DNA from: an uncultured delta proteobacterium
GTDB taxonomy: Bacteria > Myxococcota > Myxococcia > Myxococcales > Anaeromyxobacteraceae
DNA: 64,000 bases
NCBI GenBank assembly: GCA_963845515.1
Contig: CAWJSR010000012.1
Location: 11,503 to 75,502 of the forward strand
Reading direction: 5' to 3'
Positions 1 through 10,800 of the stretch are shown piece after piece; the stretch's first letter is position 1; each line of letters starts with the position of its first letter. The notes below the pieces were generated by a model. The model searched no databases. It was not told where the DNA came from and saw only the letters and a program-made list of their open reading frames with translations. Position numbers and translations under genes: made by a program.

Positions 1-794
1 CGCCGACGTGACGGCGCCGCAGACGACGCTCGTGAACGGCACGAGCGGCGCGCAGGCCGCCACGACCGCGACCTTCACCTTCAGCGCAGACGAGACGGCG
101 ACGTTCGAGTGCCGCCTCGACGGCGGGGCCTACCTGCCCTGCACCTCGCCCAAGTCCTACACCGCGCTCGCCGACGGGCCGCACACGTTCGACGTCCGGG
201 CCAGGGACACCGCCGGCAACGTCGATACGACGCCGGAGTCCGCCGCCTGGTCGGTCGACGCGACGGCGCCGGTGACGAGCATCACTGCGGGCCCGTCCGG
301 CACGACCACCTCCACCACCGCGCAGATCGAGTTCTCCGCCGACGAGGACGCCACTTTCCAGTGCCGCCTCGACGGCGGCGCCTGGGCGGCCTGCACCTCC
401 GCCGTCGTGCTCACCGAACTCGCTCTGGGGCTCCCACACGTTCGAGGTCCGGGCCACCGACGCGGTTGGCAACACGGACGCGACCCCCGCCCAGCGCACC
501 TGGACGGTCGAGCAGCTCGTCCCCGACACGACGATCACGGGCGGCCCGAGCGGCACGACCACGGAGTTCTCGGCGACGCTGACGTTCACCTCCCCCGATC
601 CGGGCGTCACGTTCGAGTGCCGGCTGAACGGCTCGGCGTGGGAGGCCTGCACCTCGCCGACGTTCTACCCGGACCTGCTGCCGGGCGACCAGCTCTTCGA
701 GGTCCGCGCGAAGACCCTCGGCGGCGGCGTCGTCGACCCGACGCCCGCGAGCCGGACGCGGACCGTCGACGATCAGGGCGGCGGGATCAGCTGA
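1..794 (+). CDS. 3' part of a surface protein with tandem bacterial Ig-like repeats (frameshift ~430)
   Basis: Three copies of 'P.T.I..GP...T...ATF.F......FECRLDG..W..CTSP...L..G.HTF.VRA.D..GN.D.TP' across two frames; stop TGA 792-794. Confidence 0.7.
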
Positions 795-1585
795 ACAGCG
801 GGGCGATGCAGCCGGCGGCGATCTCGGCCGCCTCGGGGCCGGGCAGCTCGGTGACCTCGATGCCGATCACGGTCGCGGCGCTCGGCCACCTCGGCGCAGC
901 ATGCGCCGCAGCCCCTCGGCGCTGAAGCCGCCGGTCGCCGGGAAGGTGAAGCCCGGCGATGACGCTCGGATCGAGGACGTCGAGGTCGAGGTGCACGAAG
1001 ACCTCGCGGCCGGCCAGCGCGTCGGCCAGCCGCGAGGGCCGGTCGACGCGGCGAGACGTCGTGGCGTCTCGAGCAGCACGCAGCTCGCCCGGCGTCGACG
1101 TCCCGTACGCCGCACATCACGACGCGCGTCGGGTCGAGCGCCGGACGGTCGAAGCCGGCGTCCCAGACGCCGCACGCGCCGGCCAGGCACATGCCGCCCA
1201 GGAACCGGGAGGGCGAGGTCTCGGGCGAGTTGAAGTCGCCGTGCGCGTCGAGCCACAGCACGAACGCGTCGGGGCGGTCGCGCGCGAGCGACCGGCAGCG
1301 TCGTGACGCAGATCGAGCAGTGCGCCGGCGCAGAGGACCGGGAACGTGCCGTCGTGGAAGGCGTCGGAGAGCTGGCCGCCGGCCTCCAGCAGGCAGCCGC
1401 GCGCGTCGCGCAGGTCCTCGTCGTACGTGCTGTCGCGCGACCTCCCCGGGCGAGCCGACGAGCCGCGGCTGCACGCCGGCCGCTCCGCGATCGCCTCGGC
1501 GACGGCCTGCGCGCCTCGCGCGGAAGCCCTCGCGGTGCGCTCGGGCGTGCGGCAGAGCAGTCGACGACGGCCGCGTCGGGGTCAG
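787..1585 (-). CDS. Arginase-family protein (multiple frameshifts)
   Basis: VLWLDAHGDFNSPETSPS..LGGM and HLDLDVLDP metal-binding motifs in different frames; start approximate. Confidence 0.75.
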
Positions 1586-2358
1586 CGGCCCTTCCACTCG
1601 GGTCACGCTTCTCGAAGAACGCCTTCACGCCCTCGCTGGATGTCCTCGGTCGCGAACGCGAGCGCGAGCTGGGCGCGCAGGTAGTCGAGCGCGTCGTCGA
1701 GCGCCATGTCCTGCTGGCGCCACATCGCGTCCTTGCCCAGCCGCATGAGCAGCGGCGACTTCGCCGCGAGCCGCCGGCCCAGTCGGCGACCGCGGCGTCG
1801 AACTCGTCGTCGGCCACGACGCGGTTGACGATCCCCAGCTCCGCTCGGCCTCGCGCGCGTCGATGCGCTCGCCGAGCAGCAGCAGCTCGGTCGCCTTCTT
1901 GCGCGGGACGTTGCGGTAGATCAGCGCCATGATCATGAACGGGAAGACGCCGACGTTGATCTCCGGCGTGCCGAAGGTCGCCGACTCCTGGCGATCATCA
2001 GGTCGCAGGCCAGCGCGACGCCGAGCGCGCCCGCCAGCACGTGCCCGTTGGCGGCGCAGATCGTCGGCTTGCCGAGCGTGCCGATCAGCGCGGAAGAGCC
2101 GCGGGAAGCGGCCGTGCCGGTGTACTTGTGGGCCAGCGGCACGTCCGCGCGAAGCCGTCGAGGTTGCCGCCGACGAGAACGTCGTCTCGTGCGTGGAGGC
2201 GAGCACGACGACGCGCGCGTCGTCGTCGTCGGCGGCCGTCGAAGGCTGCGAGCAGCGCGTCGAGCAGCTCGTCGCGAGAGCGCGTTGCGCGTGTCGGGCT
2301 GGTTGAGGCTGATCGTCGCGACGCCGTCGGCGCAGGCGTAGAGCACGGGCTCGGACAT
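1582..2358 (-). CDS. Enoyl-CoA hydratase/isomerase (frameshifted)
   Basis: GVATISLNQPDTRNALS, KPTICAANGHVLAGALGVALACD, FGTPEINVG, EGVKAFFEKR. Confidence 0.85.
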
Positions 2359-2681
2359 GCGCCGGACCGTACAGGTCACGCCGCAAAGGAACGCCGCCCG
2401 CCGTGGCCGGGGCGTGCCCGGCCGCGGCGGGCTCCGGCGCAGCGAGGAGCGAGACGGGGAGGAGCCGTCGCCGTTCCTGCGCGGTGCGTGGGCTTCGCAT
2501 CTGCACGACCGTCACCGTCACGGGCTTCGCTCTACCCGGTTCACCGCCGCCTCAACGTTCGCTCAGGACTCCGCGACAGTAGGAAGAGGGAAGTCTACTG
2601 TTCACTTTCCCGCGAGTCTACGCTTACGGTCCGCGCTCGTCAAGCCCCGTCCAGGCCACCGGAGGTTAGTTCCCAGCCGAC

Positions 2682-3093
2682 ATGCCGCTCGACCGACCTC
2701 AAGCCCGACTTCGGCGCGAAGCGAGGCAGCCACTTCTCTTCACCGACGAGCACGAGGCGCTGCGGAGACGGTCCGGGCCTTCGGCCAGCAGCGAGCTGGC
2801 GCCGCACTCCGAGGAGTGGGAGGAGACGGGCTTCCCGGACTCCGTCTTCCACCGCATGGGCGAGCTGGGGTTCCTGGGGCCTCGACAAGCCCGAGGAGTA
2901 CGGCGGGCAGGGCGGCGACTACTACACCGCGCTCGTCCTCGGTGAGGAGATGGCGCACGCCCAGTCCGGCGGCGTCGCGATGGGCGTCGCGGTCCACACG
3001 GACATGGCGATGCCGCCGATCCTCGCCTTCGGCACCGAGGAGCAGAAGCAGGAGTGGGTCGTGCCGGCGATCAAGGGCGAGAAGATCCTCTGT
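2682..3093 (+). CDS. Acyl-CoA dehydrogenase N-terminal fragment, cut off at the junction with recG
   Basis: FTDEHEALR, MGELGFLG, PEEYGGQGGDY, FGTEEQKQEW..PAIKGEKILC; sequence then switches to helicase. Confidence 0.85.
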
Positions 3094-4170
3094 TGGCTCG
3101 AAGGGAGCGGCGTGGAGGCGGTGTTCGTGGGGGCGCAGTCACGCGGCCGCCCGCAGCGGGAGGCGCGGGCGGCGCTCGCGGACGGGCGCGCCCGGATCGC
3201 CATCGGCACCCACGCGCTGCTCGAGGAGGGCGTCGCCTTCGAGCGGCTCGGGCTCGCGGTCGTCGACGAGCAGCACCGCTTCGGCGTCGAGCAGCGCGCC
3301 TCGCTGGCGAAGAAGGGGCGGCGCCTGGACGTGCTGGTGATGACGGCGACGCCGATCCCCCGGACGCTCGCGCTCGCCTTCTACGGCGACCTCGACCAGT
3401 CCAAGATCGACGAGCTGCCGCCCGGCCGCGCGCCGGTCGCGACCCGCGTCTTCGGCGACTCCCAGCGCAAGGCGGCGTACGCGCTCGCGAGGAAGGAGCT
3501 GGACGCGGGGCGGCAGGCCTACGTCGTCTACCCGCTGGTCGCGGAGTCGGAGAAGAGCGACCTCGCCGACGCGACGAGCGGCGCCGAGGCCCTGCGCAAG
3601 GTCTTCGACGGCCACGAGGTCGGCCTCCTCCACGGCCAGCTCAAGGCGGAGGAGAAGCAGGCGGTCATGGACAGGTTCCGCGCCGGCGGCATCCGCGTCC
3701 TCGTCGCGACCACCGTCATCGAGGTCGGCGTCGACGTCCCGAACGCCACGGTCATGATCGTGGAGCACGCCGAGCGCTTCGGCCTCTCGCAGCTCCACCA
3801 GCTGCGGGGGAGGGTCGGGCGCGGCGCCGTCCAGAGCCACTGCCTCCTCCTGGCCCACTTCAAGCGGGCAGGGGACGACGCCCGCGAGCGGCTGGAGGCG
3901 ATGGTCCGCACCCAGGACGGCTTCGAGATCGCCCGGGTGGACCTGAAGCTTCGGGGGCCCGGCGAGCTGCTGGGGACGCGTCAGGCCGGCCAGCGGCTCC
4001 TCGAGGTGGCCGACCTCTATCGCGACGAGGCGATCCTCGAGGAGGCGCGCGCCGAGGCCTTCGCGCTGGTCGAGGCGGACCCGGCGCTCGGCAGCCCCGA
4101 GAACGCCGCCGCGGGAGAGGCGCTGCAGCAGCGGTGGGCGGGTCGGCTCTCGCTCGCCCAGGTGGGGTAG
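3094..4170 (+). CDS. recG: ATP-dependent DNA helicase RecG, C-terminal part only
   Basis: IGTHAL, VVDEQHRFGV, MTATPIPRTL, ATTVIEVGVDVPNAT, ERFGLSQLHQLRGRVGRG, DGFEIA..DL.LRGPGE..G.RQ.G. Confidence 0.95.
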   Translation, partial: WLEGSGVEAVFVGAQSRGRPQREARAALADGRARIAIGTHALLEEGVAFERLGLAVVDEQHRFGVEQRASLAKKGRRLDVLVMTATPIPRTLALAFYGDLDQSKIDELPPGRAPVATRVFGDSQRKAAYALARKELDAGRQAYVVYPLVAESEKSDLADATSGAEALRKVFDGHEVGLLHGQLKAEEKQAVMDRFRAGGIRVLVATTVIEVGVDVPNATVMIVEHAERFGLSQLHQLRGRVGRGAVQSHCLLLAHFKRAGDDARERLEAMVRTQDGFEIARVDLKLRGPGELLGTRQAGQRLLEVADLYRDEAILEEARAEAFALVEADPALGSPENAAAGEALQQRWAGRLSLAQVG

Positions 4171-4218
4171 CCTCCTGGGTTCCGACCGTGAAGTGCGGCC
4201 CGGGGCTATGATCCGCAC

Positions 4219-4863
4219 GTGAGCGAAGAGCTGGCGCGCGACCTGCGGCGGATGGGCATCCGGGACGACCGGGTCCTGGAGGCGATGGCCGCGACCCCTC
4301 GCCGGCGCTTCGTGCCCGAGGACTTCCAGTCGCGCGCAGACGGCGACCACCCGCTCCCGATCGGCTTCGGCCAGACCATCTCGCAGCCGTTCATGGTCGC
4401 CTGGATGACCGAGCTGCTCGAGCTGTCGGGCACCGAGCGGGTCCTGGAGGTCGGGACCGGCTCCGGGTACCAGGCCGCGATCCTGGCGCGGCTCTGTGCG
4501 CGGGTCTACACCGTGGAGCTGCTCACGGCGCTCTCGGAGCGGGCGCGCGCGATCCTCGCGCAGCTCGGGATCGAGAACGTCTCGCTCCGGCAGGGGGACG
4601 GCGCGCTCGGCTGGCCCGAGGAGGCGCCCTTCGATCGGGTGATCGTGACCGCCGCGGCGATCCGGACCCCGCCGGCGCTGCTGGACCAGCTGCGCCCCGG
4701 CGGGCGGATGGTCATCCCGATCGGCGCCGAGCACGACGTCCAGTACGTGCACCTGCTCACCAGGGACGCCTCCGGGGCCGTCTTCGACCGGGAGCTCCTC
4801 GCGGTGCGCTTCGTCCCGCTGCGAAGCGCCGAGGGCGGGGTTGGGCTAGGATTGGGCGAATGA
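4219..4863 (+). CDS. pcm: Protein-L-isoaspartate O-methyltransferase
   Basis: PIGFGQTISQP, VLEVGTGSGYQAA, GWPEEAPFD, VRFVPL. Confidence 0.95.
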   Translation: MSEELARDLRRMGIRDDRVLEAMAATPRRRFVPEDFQSRADGDHPLPIGFGQTISQPFMVAWMTELLELSGTERVLEVGTGSGYQAAILARLCARVYTVELLTALSERARAILAQLGIENVSLRQGDGALGWPEEAPFDRVIVTAAAIRTPPALLDQLRPGGRMVIPIGAEHDVQYVHLLTRDASGAVFDRELLAVRFVPLRSAEGGVGLGLGE

Positions 4864-5409
4864 TCGTCTGCCCAGTCTGCGAGCACCCCCAGCAGTCCGG
4901 CGCCGAGTGCGAAGTCTGCGGAAAGCGCTTCGCCCCAGGAGCCCTCCCGGTCCCGCCCGTCGCGCGGATGGAGGGGCTGGAGCCGACCCTCCACGACGCG
5001 GTCGACGTCGACCCCTTCGCGATGCCCTCCATCCCGGAGCTGGAGCCGACCCTCGCGGCGCCCGTCGACGCCCCGGAGGTGCGGACCCCGGACATCGATC
5101 CCACGAGCGCGGCTCCGGTCGACGTGGACTCGGAGGCGATGCCGGACATCGAGCGCATCGGGGACGAGATCCCGGTGGACGCGCCGACGGGCCTCCCCAT
5201 CGCCCCGGTCTGCCGCTACTGCCGCACGCCGGCCGTGCCTGGTGAGCGGCTCTGCAGCCGCTGCGGGATGCGGCTCCCCGTGATCGACACGCCGCCTCGT
5301 CCCGGAGGGGACCGAGGGGCTCCACCTGTGCACCAACTGCGGCGCGATGACGACCCGCGAGCTCTGTCCTGCGTGCGGCAACCGGCTGACTCCGGCGGCG
5401 CTGGAGTAG
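4860..5409 (+). CDS. Multi zinc-ribbon protein with acidic Pro-rich repeats (frameshift ~5315)
   Basis: CPVC..CEVC, CRYC..CSRC, then shifted frame CTNC..CPAC ending TAG 5407-5409. Confidence 0.65.
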
Positions 5410-5479
5410 CGCCGCTCGCCTTGCCAAACCGCCTGCGCCGCGGCAGATTGGCGCCCCCGAATCCCGAGGGTTCCAGCCC

Positions 5480-6839
5480 ATGTCGATGCTTCCTCCGTCC
5501 GCCTGGTTCCGCTGCAGCGAAGGCTGCGACTTCCGCGCCGACCTGACCGAAGTGGTCTACACCTGCCGCAAGTGCGGCGGCCTGCTGGAGGTCGAGCACG
5601 ACGTCGCGGCGCTCGCGACGCGCAGCCGCTTCCGACTGGAAGGCGCTCTTCGACAGCCGCTTCAAGCTGGGCCCATGGCCGTTCGGCTCGGGCGTCTGGG
5701 GGAAGAAGGAGTGGGTGTTCCCGCAGGTCGGCGTGGAGAACGTCGTCTCGATGTTCGAGGGGGGCAGCCCGCTCCTGCGGATCGACCGTTACGCGCACGA
5801 GATCGGCCTGGAGGACGTCTGGCTCAAGGAGTGCGGCGTCACGCACACGGGCTCCTTCAAGGACCTGGGGATGACGGTCCTCGTCTCGGCGGTGAAGGAG
5901 ATGCGGGCCCGCGGCAAGCAGATCCGTGCCGTGGCCTGCGCCTCGACCGGCGACACCTCGGCGGCCCTGTCCGCCTACTGCGCTGCCGCCGGGATCCCGA
6001 GCGTCGTGCTGCTGCCGCGCGGGAAGATCTCGACCGCCCAGCTCGTCCAGCCGATCTCCAACGGGGCGCTGGTCCTCGAGCTGGACACCGACTTCGACGG
6101 CTGCATGAGGGTCGTGAAGGAGCTCTCGCAGACGCCCGACATCTACCTCGCGAACTCGATGAACTCGCTCCGGATCGAGGGGCAGAAGACGGCCTCGATC
6201 GAGATCGCGCAGCAGCTCGGCTGGTCCTCGCCCGACTGGATCGTGATCCCGGGCGGCAACCTCGGGAACGCCAGCGCGGTGGGCAAGGGCTTCGTCCTGA
6301 TGAAGGAGCTGGGCGTGATCGACCGGCTCCCACGGCTGGTGGTCGCGCAGGCCGAGAACGCCAACCCCCTCTGGCGCGCGACCGCTGGCGCCGGGCGCAA
6401 GGCCTCCCCCGGCGTGAAGGTGGAGCCGATCACGGCGAAGAAGACGCTCGCCTCCGCCATCCAGATCGGCGACCCGGTCTCCGCGAAGCGCGCCCTGCGC
6501 GCCCTCGAGGCGCTCGACGGAATCGTCGAGCAGGCGTCCGAGCAGGAGCTGGCCGATGCGTCGGCGCGCGCAGACCTCGCGGGCATGTTCACCTGCCCGC
6601 ACACGGGGGTGGCGCTCGCCGCGCTCGAGAAGCTCGCGGCGCGCGGGGTCATCAAGCGGAGCGACCACGTGGTGGTCGTCTCCACGGCGCACGGGCTCAA
6701 GTTCTCCGACTTCAAGGTCGGCTACCACGAGGCGTCGCTGCCCGGGCTGAAGTCGCCCCTCCGGAACGCAAGCGTCAAGCTCGCGCCGACCCTGGACGCG
6801 GTTCACGACGCGATCGCCGCCCGCTTCGGGCGCAGCTAG
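5480..6839 (+). CDS. thrC: Threonine synthase (frameshift ~5620-5640)
   Basis: N-terminal C..C zinc motif; [46 protein letters not shown]. Confidence 0.93.
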
Positions 6840-6850
6840 GGAGGGAGCGC

Positions 6851-7222
6851 ATGGCCAACCCCGATGGCGTCCAGCCGCGCGACGAGACGGCGCTCCGCGC
6901 AGAGCACGACGCGCTGGCCCGGAAGCTCGAGGTTCGCCGCTCCGTCGACGAGCTGCGCACGGCGGCCTACTCCGGCTTCGCGGCCGCGCTCTCCTTCGGA
7001 CTGACGATCAAGTTCACGTGGGATCGCTGGTTCTCGAAGCTCCCGAGGACCTCCCCGCGCGGCCGCTACCCGATCCTGGTGATCCTCGCGGCCATCCTCT
7101 TCGCCGTGCTCCTCTGGGTCGCCCTTCGGGCGGCGAGGCGCGCGCGCGCCCACCGGGAGGTCGAGGAGCGGCTGGCGGTCCGGTTCGAGGAGCTCCGCCG
7201 GATGCTGAGGCTCGACCCGTGA
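6851..7222 (+). CDS. Hypothetical two-TM membrane protein
   Basis: ATG 6851 after GGGAG; two hydrophobic segments; stop overlaps the tmk GTG. Confidence 0.7.
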   Translation: MANPDGVQPRDETALRAEHDALARKLEVRRSVDELRTAAYSGFAAALSFGLTIKFTWDRWFSKLPRTSPRGRYPILVILAAILFAVLLWVALRAARRARAHREVEERLAVRFEELRRMLRLDP

Positions 7223-7887
7223 CCACCCCGGGCCGCAGGAAGCGGGCGCCGCGGGGACGCTTCATCGTCGTCGAGGGGATCGACGGCGCGGGGACCACCA
7301 CGCAGGCGAGGCGCCTCGGCGAGCGGCTGAAGGGCACCGGTCGCCGCGTCCACGTCACCTCGGAGCCGTCCGGGGGGCCGGTCGGGGGGCTCCTGCGCCA
7401 GGTCCTCTCCGGCAGGCTGCGCGGCCGCGCACCGGACGGTGCCTTCGACGCAGAGGCCCTCGCGCTGCTCTTTGCCGCCGATCGCCTCGACCACGCCCGC
7501 TCGGAGATCCTCCCCGCGCTGGAGGCCGGGCTCGACGTGATCTCGGATCGCTACACGCTCTCGTCGCTCGCCTACCAGGCGCTCACCACCGGCGATGCGC
7601 GATGGGTCCAGTCGATCAACGCGCGCGCCCCGGCGCCCGACGTGACGCTCTTCCTGCGCGTCGGCCCGTCGGTCGCCTTCGCGCGCCGGCGCTCGGCTTC
7701 CCACGAGCGCGAGATCTACGAGAAGGCCGCTTTCCAGCGGCGCGTCGCCGAGGCCTATGACCGGGCCATCGCGGGGCTGCGCCGCAGGGGAGAGCGGATC
7801 GAGATCCTCGACGGCTCCGCTCCTCCCGACGCCGTGTCGGCCGAGATCGACCGGGTGCTCGCGACGATCAGCCCAGCGCGACCCTGA
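7219..7887 (+). CDS. tmk: Thymidylate kinase
   Basis: FIVVEGIDGAGTTTQ, EPSGG, LLFAADR, VISDRY..SSLAYQ. Confidence 0.93.
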   Translation: MTTPGRRKRAPRGRFIVVEGIDGAGTTTQARRLGERLKGTGRRVHVTSEPSGGPVGGLLRQVLSGRLRGRAPDGAFDAEALALLFAADRLDHARSEILPALEAGLDVISDRYTLSSLAYQALTTGDARWVQSINARAPAPDVTLFLRVGPSVAFARRRSASHEREIYEKAAFQRRVAEAYDRAIAGLRRRGERIEILDGSAPPDAVSAEIDRVLATISPARP

Positions 7888-10800
7888 GCCGCTTCCGCAG
7901 CAGGAAGTGCTCCTCGGTCGACGCGAAGGCCAGGAGCGAGGCGATCTCGGGCCGCTCCAGCGCGGCCGCGGCCCGCTCCGCTGCCGTCAGGGTACGCCCG
8001 CCGAGGGCGCGCTCCCCCACCATCAGCGAGAGCGCGGTCGGGATGTCCCCGCAGAGCACCGCGCCTGCCCGCTCGGCCGAGAGCCGCGCGCCTGCGCGCC
8101 ACTTCGCCAGGTCGGGGGCCGGGTGGATCGCAGCCAGCGCCCTGGCCGCGGGCTCCAGCGCCCGGCGCTCCCTGCGCCCCATCACCTTGCCGAGCTTCCG
8201 CACCAGCTCCTCCGAGGGCGTACCGGTGCCCGAGTAGCCGGGGACGACCGTGTTGACCGCCGCCGCGATCGCCGGACCGAGCGTCGCCTCCGGGAGCGTG
8301 TCCGCGAGGTGAGCCTGCTGCCGCACGCTGGCCAGCGCGCGTCCGAACAGGAAGCGGGTCTCCAGGGGGGTCGATCGGCTCGTGACGTCGAGCCCCACCT
8401 CGAGCACAGGCGGCGTAGCGGCAGTGGCAGTCACCCGTCCAGGATCCCCGGGCCGGACGTCCCATGCCTCGATCCCCATCGCCGCCGCGAGCTCGGCGAC
8501 CTCCTCCCGCATTGGGTGGTCGGCCCGGATCGGATGAGTCGGCGGCGGGACCGCCGGGCAGATGGCCGACGTGATCGCGGGGCCGGCGACCTCGAGCACG
8601 TCGGCGAGCGGTCCCTGGACCAGCGGGTGCCGGATCAGCGCCCAGTCCGACTCGGCCAGGACGGGGACCTGAGGAAGGTCTCGCAGTGTCCCCGCTGCGA
8701 GGAGGGCGTCGGCCTCGGGACCCGGAGACGGGGCGCCGAGCCACGCCAGGACGCCTGCAGCGACGAGGGCCCGATCCCGTGCGCCGGCCGCCGAGAAGAT
8801 CCGGTAGAGGGCGCTCCAGCTGTCGACCCGCGCGGGGGTGCCGGCGATGAGGGTCAGGTGCTCCTGGGCGGCGAGCGGGGATCCCGCCTCCTCGAGGAGG
8901 CGGGCCAGGAGGACGCGGGCGTCGTCGTGCTCCGGTGAGGTCGCGAGCGCCGCGTTCAACTGTTCGATCGCCCGGTCGCGGTCCTCGAGGCGATCGGCGC
9001 AGACGCGAGCGAGCGCGATCCTGGCCTGCAGCCGGGCGGTGTGGTCAGGCGCTGTCTCGGCGGCGAGCTCGTGCGCCGCCGCCAGCCCTGCCCAGTTGGC
9101 GCGCCGCTCCTCGAACTCCGCGAGGAGCCGGAGGGCGCGGGGATCGCCAGGGTGTGCCTCCAGGGCCCGCCGGCAGGCGTCGGCAGCGGCGCCGAGATCA
9201 CCGCGAGCCGCCTCGATCGGTGCGAGCCCGAGCAGGTGCTCCGCCCGTGCGGCCGCAGAGGTGGAGGGGAGGTCCGCGAGCCGCCGCAGCGCGTCCGCGG
9301 CAGCGGGGAGGTCCTGCGCGTCGAAGTGGAGCCGCGCCAGCCGTCCGAGCGCCTCGGGGCTCTCGGGGGAGAGCGCGAGCGCAGCCTCGAGGTGCCGGAG
9401 CGTGGCCACCGGGTCCGACTCCGAGTCCTGCAGGAGCGCCGCCGCAGCGAGGTGGAGGGGAAACCGCGGCGGCCCTTCCTGGGTGAGGCCGATGCAGGCC
9501 TGGTAGTCGTCGACCGCCTCGCGGATTCGCCCCTCCTCGCCCAGGGCGCGCGCCCGAAGGGCGAGGGCGGGCGCGAGGGCGGGCTGGGCGGCGAGGGCAC
9601 GGTCGAGCGCGTCGAGGAGGTCGCTGGAGCCGGCCGCCCCCATCAGCGACGCGATGCGCGCTACGTCGAGCCAGGCAGCGGCGGCTCGCTCCGGCTCCGT
9701 CTCCGACGCAGCCCGGGCGCGCTTCAGCTCGAGGAGCTCGAAGCTGCTCTGGCCGGCCACCAGCGCCTCGAGCCGCAGGAGGGCGGTCGAGTCCGACGGA
9801 TCACGCTCCGCCGCGTTCCGGTAGTCGCGCGACGCGCTCTCGGCGTCGTCGAAGTGCTCCTCGGCGATGGCGCCGGCCCGGAGCCACGCTGCGGCGGATC
9901 CCGCGCCGTCACGCCGCGCCATCCCCTCGACCTGGAGCGTGCCTCGGACCGCGGCCCAGTCACCGCTGCGGGCGAGGACGGCGCGCGCCGCGCGGAGGGC
10001 GGGGAGGTGCTCGGGCGCGACCGTGAGCGCCGCGCGGTAGGCGGCCAGCGCCGAGGAGTCGTCACCGGCCCGCTCCCAGGCCTCTCCTGCGCAAACGAAG
10101 CAGTGGGCCCGGAAGCCGGGGGACTCCTCCCGCTCTGCCGCGGCCTGGAGGCGCGCGGCGACGTCGGCGGGGGATCCCTGACGCATCGCGTCCGCGGCGT
10201 GCGGAGCGAGGGGGGCCTGCTCCGGCGCGATCGCGGCAGCGCGCGCGAGGATCGCGTCGCGCGCGGCACCCGGCTCCTGCTCCGCCGCCGCGCTCATGAG
10301 GATCACCGCGATGTCGGCGGCGTTGCTGGCCCCCTCGGAGAGCGCCGTCCGGATCTGGGCGCGCGTGTGCGCCGGGAGTCCACCGGCGAGCGCGACCATC
10401 GCCGGAGCACCCGAGGCGCGCATGCGGCCGAGCGCCTGGGCCGCTTCGCGGGCTGCGGCGCGGTCTCCGCCGTCGCCGAGCTCCATCGCCACCCGCTGGA
10501 CCAGCAGCTCCGTCGTGGCCGGCGCCGAAGGGCCGCTGCGGAGCGCTCGGAGGGCGTCCCTGCGCCGCGCGTGCGAGTGGAGGCGGTCGAGGGCGGTGCG
10601 CGCGAAGAGCTGCCCGGGGTCGGCGGCGAGCGCCTCCTCGTACGCGGCCACGGCCTGCGTCGTGTCGCCCAGCTTCTCCTCGCAGAGCCGAGCCGCCTCC
10701 ACCAGCGAGGCGCCCTTCACCTCCGGGACCTGCGTGGCCGCGGCCCGCGACCGGAGCACCTCGATGAGCGCCTCGGAGTCGCCCCGGCGCCTGTAGATGC

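Noticed and set aside
2576..2601. ACAGTAG-N12-CTACTGT inverted repeat as a special element
   Set aside because: Probably an ordinary operator between divergent lipid-metabolism genes in the chimeric segment; no further support.
2041..4170. Novel acyl-CoA dehydrogenase-RecG fusion protein
   Set aside because: Both halves are truncated and error density changes at the join; best explained as a chimera.
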